From assembly GCF_018977255.1 (NCBI RefSeq), contig NW_024704742.1, positions 248,001 to 312,000 of the forward strand: a stretch of DNA of 64,000 nt, written 5' to 3'. The notes under the pieces are model-generated. The model had not been told where the DNA came from and searched no databases. It saw only the letters and a list, made by a program, of their open reading frames with translations. Source of the stretch: Callorhinchus milii. Its lineage: Eukaryota. A program made the position numbers and the translations under genes. Below are positions 62,796 to 64,000 of the stretch, in pieces (position 1 is the first letter of the stretch; every line of letters begins with the position of its first letter).

Positions 62796-63934
62796 GTTGT
62801 CGGCTCCTGGAGCGGAACCATGAAGCTGAGGTAAGACCGTGAGTGTTATGCTGCAGACACGGGGGGAGTGGGGTTGTGGGGAGGGGCTGAGGGTGTTCCC
62901 CCCACAGACTTGACCCTAAAAGAGTGTAATTAAGCAGCAGAGGCCAAGGCTGGGGTGACAACCCCCCCCCACCCCCCCCCACCCCCTGCCCCCACCCCCC
63001 CACCTCCCCCCCCCCCCCCCTCCCCAGGTTATATAATAATAATAATAATCTTTGCCTTTGCTATAGCTCCTCATCACGTCTTCTCGACGTCTCAAAGCGC
63101 TTCGCAGGACACACTGTAAAGTGAATTGACCGTATATTTGTGTATCAGTTGTGGAGCAGCGGCGCTCTATTATTAAAAGCGCAGAGTATCTGACAGCGTC
63201 ACGACAGGTTTGCGCAGTTTGAGCCCAAATCAACAAAGTTATTTGACATCATGCGAACCCCACCCCCATCTTTGGTTTGCACCAAACCACATAGGCAGCG
63301 ACAAATTGTTGTGTCTGGTATTGTCCGGGGCCGGTGCAGCCTCTCAGTCATGTTCTGCACACTTTATTTTGTATTGAAATCCACCTTCAAACCTTTTGCC
63401 CTCATGGAATTTGCCCCCCCCCACCCCCCCAGCTGTTTGTATCACATACAGTAACAACAAACACACACCCCTATTGGGCGTGAACCTGCCCCAGTCTAGA
63501 AACCTTGCACCTACACTCACTTACTGTAAAGCACGTGTGGCTTTTCAGTAAAACCGTGCACTTAATTACCAGTATCCACATCCCGTGCTGAAGGTGATGG
63601 TACAACCGGGATAAAGAGACCAGGGATGGTCACTGACTAATCACAGCCCAGTCTGTGGGTTCAGACCCCAGGTCCGTCCCTTGGCTGACAATTCAGCGCA
63701 GGACAGTTTGTTGGCGGCTTTGCTATGTGTAAAACGTTTCCCTGTATTTGGCCACACGACAATAAGGACGGCGTCGGCATCGCATTTATGTGGAGACATT
63801 GTCGTCGCACTTATACAGTGCTCTTCACACAGCGTAATGAGTCAGAATGCTAACACCAACCCAGTCAAGACTAATTGACAGCACTTTGGAGTTTTGTAAA
63901 CATAAGGCATAGGTCCTGGATACATCTAAAGTGA

Positions 63935-64000
63935 TGATAGGCAAGTTTCCTTACTCCACACACCTCCGTTTACCCAGCAGTAAGTAGGAAACCTGTTGTC
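63935..64000 (+). mobile_element. Long-form SINE body running off the window end
   Basis: GGCAAGTTTCCTTACTCCACACACCTCCGTTTACCCAGCAGTAAGTAGG. Confidence 0.8.

Larger units (their letters stand above)
62340..62836 (+). promoter_or_regulatory. CpG-rich promoter and first exon of a divergent neighbouring gene (possibly BLTP1/KIAA1109 by synteny)
   Basis: High CpG and GC content; full CRE TGACGTCA at 62542-62549; TATCGCGAGA at 62578-62587; strong donor GAG|GTAAGA at 62830/62831. Gene identity is inference only. Confidence 0.6.

Noticed and set aside
62187..63003. Pro/Gly-rich ORFs up to 270 aa
   Set aside because: Products of GC-rich repeats and an L2 fragment; no recognisable domain.
63692..63706. 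REST/RE1-like TTCAGCGCAGGACAG
   Set aside because: Half-site spacing and sequence deviate from canonical RE1.

Overview
Vertebrate genomic DNA. The L2/CR1/tRNA-SINE repeat landscape points to a cartilaginous fish, probably a chimaera (inference). The window holds one complete protein-coding gene, TRPC3, on the minus strand. I assembled it by hand as 12 coding exons from ATG 48869 to stop 7589: all introns are GT-AG, the phases are consistent, and the CDS is 2733 nt (910 aa). It includes a long-isoform N-terminal exon 1 and two small exons whose coding frames the ORF track misses. A CpG-rich plus-strand promoter and first exon of a divergently oriented neighbour lie at about 62.3-62.85 kb; BLTP1/KIAA1109 is my guess from mammalian synteny and is not shown by the sequence. 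The rest is intronic or intergenic and dense in retroelements: a young tRNA-headed SINE with CORE-like and Deu-like parts and an L2 tail, older Deu-type SINEs, L2 and CR1 fragments, one hAT-like MITE, and two degenerate hammerhead-like motifs. Nearly all other listed ORFs are repeat-derived or chance frames. I found no clearly novel biological system. The best leads are regulatory: an RVxF/PKA motif in exon 1, a six-copy E-box array with CRE and BANP motifs, a CRE/AP-1 cluster near a small ORF, inverted repeats in introns, and the modular SINE.
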